NCBI RefSeq assembly: GCF_009834535.1
Contig: NC_045697.1
Coordinates: 13,332,001 to 13,396,000, forward strand
Length of the DNA stretch: 64,000 bases
Direction of reading: 5' to 3'
From: Camelus ferus
Lineage: Eukaryota
Part shown: piece after piece, positions 1 through 11,310 of the stretch
How the letters are laid out: each line of letters opens with the position of its first letter
How positions within the stretch are numbered: position 1 is the stretch's first letter
Translations under genes and position numbers: made by a program
The notes under the pieces: model-generated
What the model was told of the DNA's origin: nothing
Seen by the model: only the letters and a program-made list of their open reading frames with translations
The model's database searches: none

Positions 1-79
1 CCCTTTTGAATAAAATTTTCTTAGCAATTTAGTTCGATCTAAGTTAAGATCATGGTTAATTTGATCTAACCATGGTAGT

Positions 80-168
80 TGTTGTCAGGAATAAAATAAT
101 AAGCTTGTAAAGCACTTTGAACTATGCCTAGTGCATAAGAACTCAATAAATTGTATTTTTATTATTAA
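80..168 (+). mobile_element. MIR SINE 3' fragment
   Basis: tgtaaagcactttgaactatgcctagtgcataagaactcaataaattgtattttt resembles the MIR 3' tail. Confidence 0.65.
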
Positions 169-330
169 TAAACCAAACTATACTTCAAAGGTTAGAGGGG
201 CAAATTTCCTCATGTCTAGCAGGCCTTGCTGTTTTTATGATATTAAAATATCTTAAATAACACTAATTATGAAGCTGAGGCTTAGTTTTCTTGTATCTCC
301 AAAGTGATTCTAAGAAGTGTTTACAGTAAT

Positions 331-420
331 GCCATTTTTCAAAACAAATGAAGCTTTGTTTTGAAAAATGGCCCAGAGAAGTTAAGAAATTTTCCCAAGA
401 TCACAAAGCATTAGACTTGG
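331..420 (-). mobile_element. MIR core fragment with internal inverted repeat
   Basis: ccatttt...ggcccagagaagttaagaaattttcccaagatcacaaagc resembles the antisense MIR core. Confidence 0.6.
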
Positions 421-1139
421 AGAGATATGCTTACCACTTTATATTTAACCTCCTTGAGTAAGTAATTGATCCAGAAATAAGTATTAGTTACAGGCATGAC
501 TCAAATTCCTAGGTAGGCTAGTTCAAGAAGAAAACTCATATGATGGTTTCAATATAGTAAAGATAGATTTAGAAAAGAATAACTGAATTATGTTTAAGTT
601 TCTCTCTTTAATAAAGCAAGATAAAAAAAAAGTGGATTAGTCAGCTTGTTGTAGGTTATGCTGTGTAATAAATAATCCCTAAAGTCTTGGAGACTTGGAA
701 AGCAAAGATTCATTTCTTGTGAAGTATAAAGTTGGTTTCAGTTCTTTTCCATGTATTTATTAATTTTACTATCCATGTTAAAAAAAGAAAAAACAGCCAT
801 TTTACTAGATTTGCCCATTCTTGTGGTAGAGGGATAGAAGGCTCTGGTACAGACTCAAGATGTTTCATATTGCTTTTGCTTGGAAATGGCACAGTGGAAA
901 TCTTCACATTCTGTTTTCTAAAGCATGTCACATGACATGCCCAAAGTTAGTGAGACATGGGCTTATATTCCTCCATAGAGGATATGTTTATGTATATGAC
1001 AAGAGACAGGTGTTTAATTCTCTTACCAACAGAATAGAGGAAAGAGAATTTAGAGGGTGGTGGTGAATAAATTCATGTAATAATAAGTCTACTTCAGTGT
1101 TTATTATATCGTAGTTTTTTTTTTAACAAAGATAGACAA

Positions 1140-1974
1140 TGTTTAGGAAAAACTTAATTATTTTTCCTTTACTCTCACACTACAACCACAGTCACAACAC
1201 TTCTGACACTAGATGTATTTTTCCCCCTAAGTAATTATCTGTAGCACCAGTTGGATATCTTACAATTCAACTCAGTTCTGACACTAACCAGAGTTAGTGC
1301 AGACCCCACAGGTTAAGGACTCAGTCCCATAAGGTTCCTTTCCCCACCTCAGATGTCAGATGCAAGTTCCGGTTGTCACCTGTGGGGCTAACCACTGGCT
1401 ATAAATCAGAGATTCCCAAGATCCCCTCTTCACATTCAATCATGTGAAAGAGTAGCTCACAGAACTCAAGAAAACACTTACTTACAAATACCAGTTTATT
1501 ATATAATAAACGATATGCTAAAGAACACAAATGAACAGCCTGATAAAGGGATTCATAGGAAGGAATACAGATGTATTCACCAACATGGAAGCTCTCTGAA
1601 CCTTGTACTTCAGGAATTTTAATGGAGGTTTCATCCTACAGGCATGGTCGGTTATTAACTCTACTTCTGACCTCTCTCCCCTCTCTGAAGAATCAGGGGT
1701 AGGAATGAAAGTTCTGAGCTTCTAACAGTGGCTTGGTCTTTCTGGTGACCTGTCTCCATCCAGAAGCCCACCAAGAATTGCCTCATTAGAACAAAAGATG
1801 TTCCTCACACCCAGGAAATTCCAAGGGTTTTGGAGCTCTATGTCAGAAACCAGAGTCAAAGACTAACTATTAGAACATAAGATTCTCCTCGCACCCTTAT
1901 TAACGAGGGTTTTAGGAACTCTGTGTTACAAACTGGGGACAGAGATCTATATAAATATTTCTTATTATTTCACA
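1140..1974 (-). mobile_element. Solo LTR, MER21-like
   Basis: TG...CA termini; reverse strand reads tgtgaaataataagaaatatttata...gagctccaaaacccttggaatttcctgg...ggtcaccagaaagaccaagcc, typical of MER21. Confidence 0.8.
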
Positions 1975-2199
1975 GGCAGAAATAGTTTTTGGAAGGCTTT
2001 CAAGTAAACATAAATTCCACTGGAAGAAAAGGTAGTGGGGAAAGGATAGTGGTAGACATAAGGCTTTAATCTTCTCGAGCTCCTAAAATATCTATATTAA
2101 CCTTAACTGGATTCTTCTACGAAGAGATTGTGTGTCAAAGAATCAAAGCTCTGAATTAAAAAAATAAAAAAGCAGGCTGGATGAGAAGTCTACCCAAGA

Positions 2200-2720
2200 T
2201 CATCTCTTTTGTTTTTGGTGTCAGGAGTGTGGACACTCCATAGGTTAGCTGGGCCAGCAGATAGAAAGAAGAATTTAAGTGGAGGAGAACAAAGACCCTG
2301 GGGAAACCCATGAGGACAATTAGGAGTCCACATCAGTCTCTTGCCATCTCCAACCTTGATGGTACAAGTGACCTGCAGGAGAATCTGTCACTTTATGCCA
2401 ATGAAGTTGACCATGCACCTGACCTGGGATTTGGAGAAGTTGAAAGGAGAGGCCTGCTGGAAGAGGGAGGAGCTATGAGTCTTGGGGCCAACTCCACCAA
2501 TCAGGGGATCCAGCACAACAGAAGATGCATGTAAAATGCCATGGTGCTGAGCCCCCTGTACCTGCCTCCCAAGTGTAAGGCCTACTCTTCCTTCAACTCT
2601 TTCCTAAGCTCATGCAAATCTCACTTGGAGACATCTCTCATTTGGAACCACACAGAGAAGGGATTCATGGGAAAAGTAATTCACTCAAGTGAATTACTAA
2701 GCTGAAACAGTACAAAGTCA
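2200..2720 (-). mobile_element. Old ERVL-type LTR remnant (LTR33/LTR40-like)
   Basis: ggaaccacacagagaagggattcatgggaaaagtaattc resembles the gaagggaattctgggaaatgtagttc motif; left boundary uncertain. Confidence 0.4.
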
Positions 2721-2754
2721 TGTCACGACAGAGATCCAGCTGGAATATGTTACA

Positions 2755-2815
2755 GGCACACACACACATACACACCCACACTCAGGTGTGTGCATGTATG
2801 TGTGTGTTTGTGTCT
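2755..2815. repeat. Imperfect (CA)n followed by (TG)n, able to fold back
   Basis: gcacacacacatacacacccacac tcag gtgtgtgcatgtatgtgtgtgtttgtgtc seen directly. Confidence 0.85.
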
Positions 2816-4489
2816 GTTTACTTCTGATACTGACCTTATTGGTTCTTTCCTCATTAGTTATGAATCTCTTCAACTCTCACCCTCCTCCACTTCCTCAAGT
2901 CTCTTATCATTGTGGTTTTCAGAAATTCATAATTAAACTGAGATTACTGAATGTAATATTTTTTAGAAAAGCCAGATAGCCATAATAACATATAAAAATA
3001 TTTTAATGGCCAATAGTCATAATAATAATTATTATTAAATTACCTAAGACAAATCTCTAACTCAAATAATGAAAAGTAAAATCGTCACACAGTTTTACCA
3101 TAAATCCCAGATGTGAAAATGTGACATATTTTATGACAAGCCCAGTCAATCTGTAGTGGCTGCTCAAAGTACTGCCTCAAGACAATTTCCAAGAAGCATA
3201 TGATCTCAGTGGCTTGAGGGCCATGATCACTTCCCAATGTTTTTCATGGGCTCTAATCAAGGAGTACCGACACATATGCTGCACATTAGATGTGACAGCC
3301 ACAGCTTAAAAAAAAAATCATGACACATATATAGCTACCAGCACCCATCTCATGCCCTGTTTAGTAGTAATTCAAAAACCCAACAACAGCTTTATCACTG
3401 TGATTGCTTTATGTGGTCTATAGCAGAGTATAATAAAAATGTTGCTTCCTGTGATCCGGATACTTGGCTTCTATTAATGCAATCTAAATTTGTCTAAGCT
3501 GTCTTTTTTTTTTTTTGCATCCACAGACTATAGTTGTATCCCCAAGATTGTGACTGCACATTCTGTTTTCCAACAGGCTTTCCATCATCCTATATTTACA
3601 TGAGTGAATTTCTGAAGCAAAATTAAGGACTCTGCACTTATGTTTCCACGTGTTTGTTTTGACTTGGTGTTTTTAGCCTGTTGAGAAATATTTTGAATAT
3701 CAACTTTGTCATCTGGCTATTTATCAGATGTCCTATCTGTGTAATTTCTAGACCTGCTAAAAGCAGTTTTGATTTCCAAGTAAAACTGGTTTAAGCAGCT
3801 CTCTGAAGCTATAAGAACAGCACTCTCTAGCTTGGTTCTCCCAATCTTTGGTTGAACACTTACTTGCATTTCCTTTTTAAAAATACTTAGGAAATTTAAA
3901 TCAAGTTTTACTAATCACCGCATCCTTGAGGTTCAAAGTCATTTTAACATTATTTCTGAATCTCTGAAGGGCAAGGCCTTCTTTCTTTCTCTTTTGTCCT
4001 GTGATGCACTTCCTTCCTTCTTAAGTTATTTCTGTTCCTTTTCTCTGAAATTAACAAAGCTGAGCAATCACTAATTCATGCCAAACACTGTGTAATCATT
4101 CCATGCGCTATGTAATTAGGATATAACTTGTATTGATCACAGGTTTGTTGTGAAAAGAAAGGCACAAAATAATTCACGTAAGCCGTGTAACGTAGTGCCT
4201 GGTATGCAGAATATGTTCAAGTTATTACTAATTTTTCTTCTATTACTATTCATGTGGTTTGATCTGCCCTCCAGATTCCTCTCTGAATTTTTTCTAAGCA
4301 TTCATCCCTTAGACAGTTACTTCGTCTTCTATCACTTCACTTTCTTCTGCCCTTATCACATTGGAAGGAAGAGTAGACCTGAATGAAAATGCCCTCAGAA
4401 AAGAAGAAATGTACAAGGAGGTCTGACAGGGAGAGATGGCTTTTTGGCATCCAATGATTTTGAAAGGAAGTTATTTTAATTCCCTACAG

Positions 4490-4620
4490 GGCTTTGTGAA
4501 ATGGGGTGGAGGCATTTTGGTCATCACAATATCTAGGGTTACTGGTGTTTTTGCCCAGAAGACAGAAGTGTTAGATATCTTGCACCAAAAAGGGCATTTT
4601 GCCCCAAATGTCAAAATGTT
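4490..4620 (+). mobile_element. hAT-Charlie MER20-like fragment
   Basis: gcattttggtcatcacaat...gttactggtgtttt...gccccaaatgtcaa resembles MER20. Confidence 0.45.
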
Positions 4621-5594
4621 CAAATGAAATCAATGCAAAGAGCAACAAGTAAAGAATCATGAGGTTAACTCGAGGGGGATATGGAAAAACAATAAAGAGT
4701 CATTAGCTCTATAGAAGCATTTTGTATGACTCTGAAATAAAATTGCATAATATAATATAAAGATATAATTTTATGTGCCCAATTTGAAATTATGTGATGC
4801 TCCCCAAATCTTCAAAATTCATCAAGAATCATAAAGATTCCAAAATTGCAATTCAAGTAAATAATATACTGTAATTTAATATTGTCACAAGGAAGTGTCA
4901 CTTATACATTAAAGAGAAATGACAGTAACAATGATTAGTATTACTTGGCCACACAGTTATTTACTTGTATTGGACCTTCTACAAATGCTTTGATGACTCA
5001 AGTTCTACACTTACATTATTCCCTGTTATTATGATGTAAAATCTTTTTTAAAATATCCTATAACAGTTCCATGTAAAAATTAGTGATGATGCAGTAAAAT
5101 GCAGTAAGAAATCAATAACCTGGAAAAGAAGTTAAGCAAGATAAAAATGCCACAAAGAAGCCCAAACAACCTCCATAATATGCCATACATTTAATTTAAG
5201 AGTGAGTATTCTGAGAAGTATCAGAAATAATTCCAAGGAAACAAAAAAGTATCATTAAGCAACTACACCTTTAATTTTCCAAAAATAGTCCATACAAATG
5301 GGCAAGCATGATGAAAAAATGCTGGCTGCATGATCAATGCTACTGAAATGTCCTCCTGACCCGAATTACCATATGTTCTAAGGTGTAAAGTATTCCTGAT
5401 GGTTTTAAAGGAGACAGTGTATTTAAATAGAAGTATTTTTGCAAACATTTCCTGTGCTTAGGAAGCATGTCCTTATGCAAACGTATATTATGATGTTTGT
5501 AGATGTCTGTGCTTTAGAAGCCATTCCCCCTTATTTACATTTATTCAATGAGAAAAGTAGACTTAAATCTTCTCATTCTACTATTGTTCTACGA

Positions 5595-6015
5595 ATTTGA
5601 GTCAGTCAGGCTTCTCTAGTTTACTACTGTAAAACTCTAAGCTATAAATCTCTAAGGTCTGTTTTCTCAAATACACAATCCCCCTAGAGTTGACTGGAGA
5701 GTAAATGAGATAATGTGGATTAAGTACTTAGTATAGCACAGACTCTTAACCTTTGCCACTTATCATCACAGTAACACTGGAAGACACAATTATAGCATTA
5801 ACCATGGGCCAGCCTCTGTTCTTAATGGTTAGTAGACGTTAGATTAGTAGGACTCATACTGTCCTCAAAGTGCTTTTCCAGCTTAGATGGTATATCAGCA
5901 CTCCCATTTTACCGAAGAGGACACTGAGAAACAGAAATGTTTATCAGTTCCCATGACTAGAAAGTGGCTAAGTTGGGATTTGAACCAAAGCAGCCCAGTT
6001 CTAAACCCTGCATGC
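5595..6015. mobile_element. Two MIR fragments (+ about 5595-5745; - about 5790-6015)
   Basis: agtaaatgagataatgtggattaagtacttagtatagc and cccattttaccgaagaggacactgagaaacaga...gggatttgaaccaaagcag. Confidence 0.65.
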
Positions 6016-6444
6016 TTCTTAATTAGTGCCAGCCATTGACAAACACCAGCCCTTGATTTAGTTCCAAGGTACTTAGAAACAGAACATCACTTCAACCTAG
6101 ATTTTCATTCATTATGTATTCATTGTCCAACCAACATCCAAAATGAGACCAAATTAGATATTCAGTGCTGACACTGATGAGTGATTCTCAGCAAGGCAGT
6201 CACTGGCTTGAGTTTGGGATGATTTCCTAGTCAGATGCATGCTCCAAAGATTATTCCTTTGGTTGCTAAAGGAAATTTGAAGGAGCCAAAGACATAAGAT
6301 GATGGAATAGCCTCTAACAAGAGGTACTCAAAAGGAGAAGGGTGTTCTTCTAACGGCAGAAGTGGTTGGGGGTGGGAGGAGGCTGCATTTGGCAGGGGCC
6401 AAGGACCACCATGATCCTAACAAAACTTTAAGATAGCTAAAAAT

Positions 6445-7286
6445 TCTCACACCAGTCAGAATGACCATCATTCAAAAGTCCACAAACAATAAACACTGGA
6501 GAGGCTGTGGAGAAAAGGGAACCCTCCTACACTGCTGGTGGGAATGCAGCTTGGTGCAGCCATTGTGGAAAACAGTATGGAGATAACTCAAAACACTAAA
6601 AACACTTACTATATGATCCAGCGATCCCATTCCTGGACATATATCCAGAGGGAACCTTAATTCAAAAATACACCTGCACCCCAATATTCATAGCAGCACT
6701 ATTTACAGTAGCCAAGACATGGAAACAGCCTAAATGTCCATCAACAGATGACTGGATAAAGAAGCTGTGGTATATTTATACAATGGAATACTCCTCAGGT
6801 ATAAAAAAGAATGAAATAATGTCATTTGCAGCAAAATAGATGGACCTGGAGGATTTCATTCTAAGTGAAGTAAGGCAGAAAGAGAAAGAAAAATACCACA
6901 TGATATCACTTACATGTGGAATCTAAAAAAAAAAAAAAAAAAAAAAGACAAGCACACTTATTTACAAAACAGAAACAGACTCACAGACATAGAAAACAAA
7001 CTAATGGCTGCCAAGTGGGGAAGGGGGTGGGAAGGGATAAATTGGGAGTTTGAGATTTGCAGATACAAATATATATATGTGTATGTGTGTGTGTGTATAA
7101 ATATAAAATAGATAAACAATAAGTTTAGCACAGGGAATTATATTCAATATCTTGTAGTAACTTATGGTGAAAAAGAATATGAAAACAAATATATCTATGT
7201 TCTTATATGACCGAAGAATTGTGTTGTACACCAGAAATTGACACAAAACTGTAAACTGACTATACTTCAATAAATACATTAAAAAA
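6445..7286 (+). mobile_element. 5'-truncated LINE-1 (ORF2 C-terminus, 3' UTR, A tail), camelid-like family
   Basis: From 6446 translates [34 protein letters not shown] (ORF2 cysteine-rich domain); AATAAA then A tail; TSD aagatagctaaaaat (6430-6444) / aagataggtaaaaat (7287-7301). Confidence 0.95.
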
Positions 7287-7739
7287 AAGATAGGTAAAAA
7301 TCAAGGCATAAGTGATATAAGCTTGAAAATTGCCTGGCATTTTACTGGAGAGCCTTTTTCTATAGTTAGAGAATATTAAAGCGTACAGCAGTTAGCCCAG
7401 AGCCAAATGCACATGACCACCCCATGCTGTCAGGAGTGGCAGGGTTATGGTTTCTACCTGGGGTAGAGCTGACCAGAAAAATGAAGTACTTTAACCACTT
7501 TGCTCTTTAAATAGTGTTTGGGGGTTTAGACTCAGAATGAACTCACTAAACCACCTGTGTTTTTCTTTTACTTATACAGAAAAGCTCTTTCCAAACTCTA
7601 ATTAAAATCTGCTGTTTATACCAGCCTTTAATGCGGTGGGTACTGCCATGGGGTATGTGATCCTTTAATGTCTTGGTGAGCCACTGCTGCTTTTCAGAGA
7701 GAGGAGGAGATAGAAAGCAATAAAGAAATAAATGAATAG

Positions 7740-7775
7740 GTAAACAAACAAACAAACAAACAAATAAATAAATAA
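7740..7775. repeat. (AAAC)n(AAAT)n microsatellite
   Basis: taaacaaacaaacaaacaaacaaataaataaataaa. Confidence 0.85.
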
Positions 7776-8588
7776 AGTTAATCTGTTTCTGCCTGGTGGT
7801 AAATATTTGAAATCATAAAACTTATATTTTGAGAAGCCATTAAATATAGGATACACTGATGTGAGTCTGGCCTCATTCAGATTTGGAGTTGTTGCAAGCA
7901 TCAAGCATTGTGGAAGGCAGATGCTTCTTTTTTCCTAAAACCTATTTGTATCCCCCTTTCCTCCCATCACAATGTTATAAAAATTCTTGGAATCTTTATT
8001 TCTTATTAACTTTGTGACCACACAATGAGGAAGTCAGGGCAACATCCCTGAGAATGACCTGTGTATTAGTGAGACGGACTGATGTGGAGGAGGGATACAA
8101 CTCCTGACATCTAAAGAGCAATAATCTCAGCTCCTGATCTCCACCAGCCATGCACATTCAGAAGGCTCACCACACAGTCAAAGAGAGAAACGTGAGTTGA
8201 AATCTTGGTTTGGGTCCATTTCTTGCTAGCTCTGGGACTCAGAAAGTTTAACTTCCCTGTGGTTATGAAACTACCTAGAAATGCTAGAGGGTACAGTGAT
8301 ACAACATGGATAGAGTTCTTAGTGATTCTAATAAATAGTGTCCTTTACAGTTTAGCTCAACTCTGCCTTCTCTGTGAAGTCCTTACCGAGGACCCTGACC
8401 CCTGTGGCCTTTTCTTCCTCCAATTCCACTTTCTGAATTGTTTATATCGTGTCATTAATAAGACAGCAAACCCACTGCTATGGTCTAAGAGTTTCTGCTA
8501 AGGAGAGCGGCATTGTTGTTTTAGTTTCTGCAAAGTGAAAAAGACAATATACTCCCCCACCCCAAAAAAGAGATTAAACTTACAATTT

Positions 8589-8810
8589 AGGGGTTAGCCA
8601 ACGGGAGCTCTTGGGCCAAATCCTGCTGCTGCTTATTTCTGTAAATAAAGTTTTATTAAGAAACAGCCAAGCTCATTCATTCATATATCATCGATGGCTG
8701 CTTTAGTGCTACAGCAGCAGAGTTGAACAGTTACAACAAAGACCATATGACCCACAAAGCCTAAAATAGTTACTATCAGCCCCTTTGCAGAAAAGTTTGC
8801 TAACTCCTTG
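8589..8810 (+). mobile_element. MER58A-like hAT-Charlie DNA transposon, near full length
   Basis: gggccaaatcc...gtaaataaagttttatt...gcagagttgaacagttacaacaaagaccatatgacccacaaagcctaaaat...gaaaagtttgctaactcc; degenerate terminal inverted repeats. Confidence 0.9.
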
Positions 8811-9499
8811 GGGTAAGCCGTTCTACTTAGCATTCTACTCAATGAGTGTATGTTCCAGGGCATGTCCAATAAATTATGTGAATTTGTAGTTGTTTGCTTC
8901 AGTTCTATTGTATGGCTCTAACTGGGATTCTATTGTTCAAGGGAAAGCAAAGGTTTTTCCTACAGCCTGACCATTAAACACAAGGCAGCTCCTTCATTTG
9001 GAGTCAGAAAAAAACCAGCAATCTGTTCACAGCCTAGGAAGAAAATTGATGGTTGAAATATTATTGATAGATGGTTTGTTGGTCTACAGTGAGTCTTTTC
9101 TCTAAGGAAGTGTAATGATAATCTCAGCACTAAAGGGATTTCTACCTTAGGCGTTGGTGTTGGAACCTAACCCAAACCTCCTACCGCCAACTTAAACTGT
9201 GACTTAACTGTATAATTTTGCATAGACCACTTCAGCTTTGTCTTTAGATGTTTTGCAGAATTTTGAATTTTGTGGTTACTGGATTTTTTTGGTTTTGTTT
9301 TGTTGGGTTTGTTTTGTTTTTTGTTTGTTTGTTTTGTTTTTTAAGTTCTGTCTTGTCATCCAACCACTACCCTAAATACTTCTGGTCAAAACAGATTACC
9401 TGTTCTAGTTAAGTCACTCAACTCAGTTCCTACAAGCAAGCTGGCTCTCATGTGTGTCTCTGGGCCTCTGTTTTGCTTCTCTGCTGGGTATCTCCCAAG

Positions 9500-10410
9500 A
9501 TCTGTCCCACCCTTCTTTCATGGAAGTAGTGTTTTTATCAAGGCACATGCCTGGCTAGCCTCCTTTCTAATAGTGTGATTGGGTTTGCCTAAAGTACTGT
9601 GAGGGGAAGTGATGTATGCAACTTCTGGGTCACGACCTTCTAGGGAGAAGACTCATCTGTCCTTTTGCACCTGCACATCTTGCTCTCTTCTGCTGCCTGG
9701 CCTGGGAATGTACTATGAAATATCTTGGACAATAAAGAAATACTCTTAAGTGTTAGGTAGTTAGATAGGTGGGGGCACCAGGTGGAGGAGAGAGAGGAAG
9801 ATCGGGAAGATGGCATTAACTCCTTTAACTTCTCTAAATGAGTGCCAGCAAGAAACCAGTTAGAACCCAACAGCTGCAACTGCGTGGTAGAGAGAGGACC
9901 TAACCAGACATGATCCAATGCTCGTTGTAATATAATTAGCACCACAGCTTAGCCCCACCCCATGGGTTTTTCCTGTGTGCATCATGCGTAAGGACATGCA
10001 TTAAAAGGAAAAACATGACTAGGCATTCTGGGGCAAGAGCTGTCACTCAACTCTAAGCAAGCATATAAGAGGAGGGACAGAGACCACCGCTTTTCCTCCG
10101 TGGACCAGCCCATTCTTCCCATACTTTCTCTTTGCTAATAAATCCTTTAAAATCTTTCACTACACAACACTCCATCTCTTATCTGAATTCTTATCTTTTG
10201 GGTATGATAAGAACTGGGTTCTTTTCCCTTCCCTTTTTGGAGTAATGTGAGGGTACTGGAAAAGTGAAATAGAGAGACTCTGGGCTCCTGACGTCAGGGA
10301 GCCCCCGGACTAGCCGTAACTATTATACATAGGAAGAAAAAGCCTTGATCCTTTAGCAGCCACTATATTTTGGGTCTCTCTTTTATGCAGTAATTCCTAT
10401 TTCCTAAGGA
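9500..10410 (+). mobile_element. Old LTR16/MaLR-type LTR remnant split by a younger LTR
   Basis: gaagtgatgtatgcaacttctgggtc on the left and gccactatattttgggtctctc on the right of the 9751-10247 insertion. Confidence 0.5.
9751..10247 (+). mobile_element. ERV1-type solo LTR
   Basis: Starts tgttaggtagttagatagg; TATA-like catataag near 10062; AATAAA at 10137; candidate 4-bp TSD taag/tgag; terminal CA not intact. Confidence 0.75.
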
Positions 10411-10619
10411 AAACCCAGTTGCTGCCCTTATAGAGTGTACCATCAAGTAGCTGAAGGAAATGTTTATCAATGCATTGTACCAATGAATATTATAATTTAA
10501 ATTTGAATTTATGCAGAAATCTTTCTCTTAGAAAGAATCTGATCCGTATAGAGTGAGAGGACAGTATGAAATCCTCTTCTGAAATGGTGAGCTGCAAAGT
10601 TTTAGAATTTTATACGTGT

Positions 10620-11015
10620 TCCTTGAGGACTTTGCACCGGCTGTTTCCTCTGTCCTCGTAAGCCCTCCCTGTATCCACTGCACATGCGCTGTAGCACAGG
10701 CGATGCCCTCTTCCTGCCTGCGAGTCTCTGCCTGAGTATCACCCGACTGGGGAGGGCTCCCTAATGTTGTTCCATAAAAGCATTCACAGCAGAGTTAACT
10801 ACCTTAAATACTCTATACCTATGTCTTTACTTAGCACCTGCCCCTTCTCACTCCTACACTACAAAACAAAAACACAGACAAAGACAAAAACAAAACTACT
10901 TTTGATAGTGTATTCTGCATCGGCTTTTATTAACTGTTCTTTCTCTGGTGTAAAGAAAAATGCCTGGGAGAAAGCAGACCCTTGATGAAGGTTTGCTGAA
11001 TGATTGAAGGAATCA
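10620..11015 (+). mobile_element. L2 3' fragment
   Basis: ctttgcaccggctgtttcctctg... ending gtttgctgaatgattgaaggaatcaatgaat. Confidence 0.55.
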
Positions 11016-11129
11016 ATGAATCCATGTCAAGAAGACCAGAACCACTGCAGCACAGACAGCAAGGTGATGGTAAATGAGCTGAGCCCGGAGAGGAGGTCCC
11101 ACCAGCGCGTGAAGGGTCGTGTGCATCAC

Positions 11130-11310
11130 GTGCAGTGTTCTGTCTTTCTCCCAAGAGCAGAGGAAGACATTGAAGGGCTTTTAAGGGACAAGAGTGTCCC
11201 ATGATCAGATGGGAGAATTTGAAGAGATCATTCTCTCTGCAGTATAAAAAATAAATTAGAAAGAGATGTGAGTTTAAGGGGAAAGTGCAGTAGATGACTG
11301 TGGTCATTTA
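11130..11310 (-). mobile_element. L2 fragment
   Basis: cattgaagggcttttaagg...catgatcagat...agatcattctctctgcagt. Confidence 0.6.
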
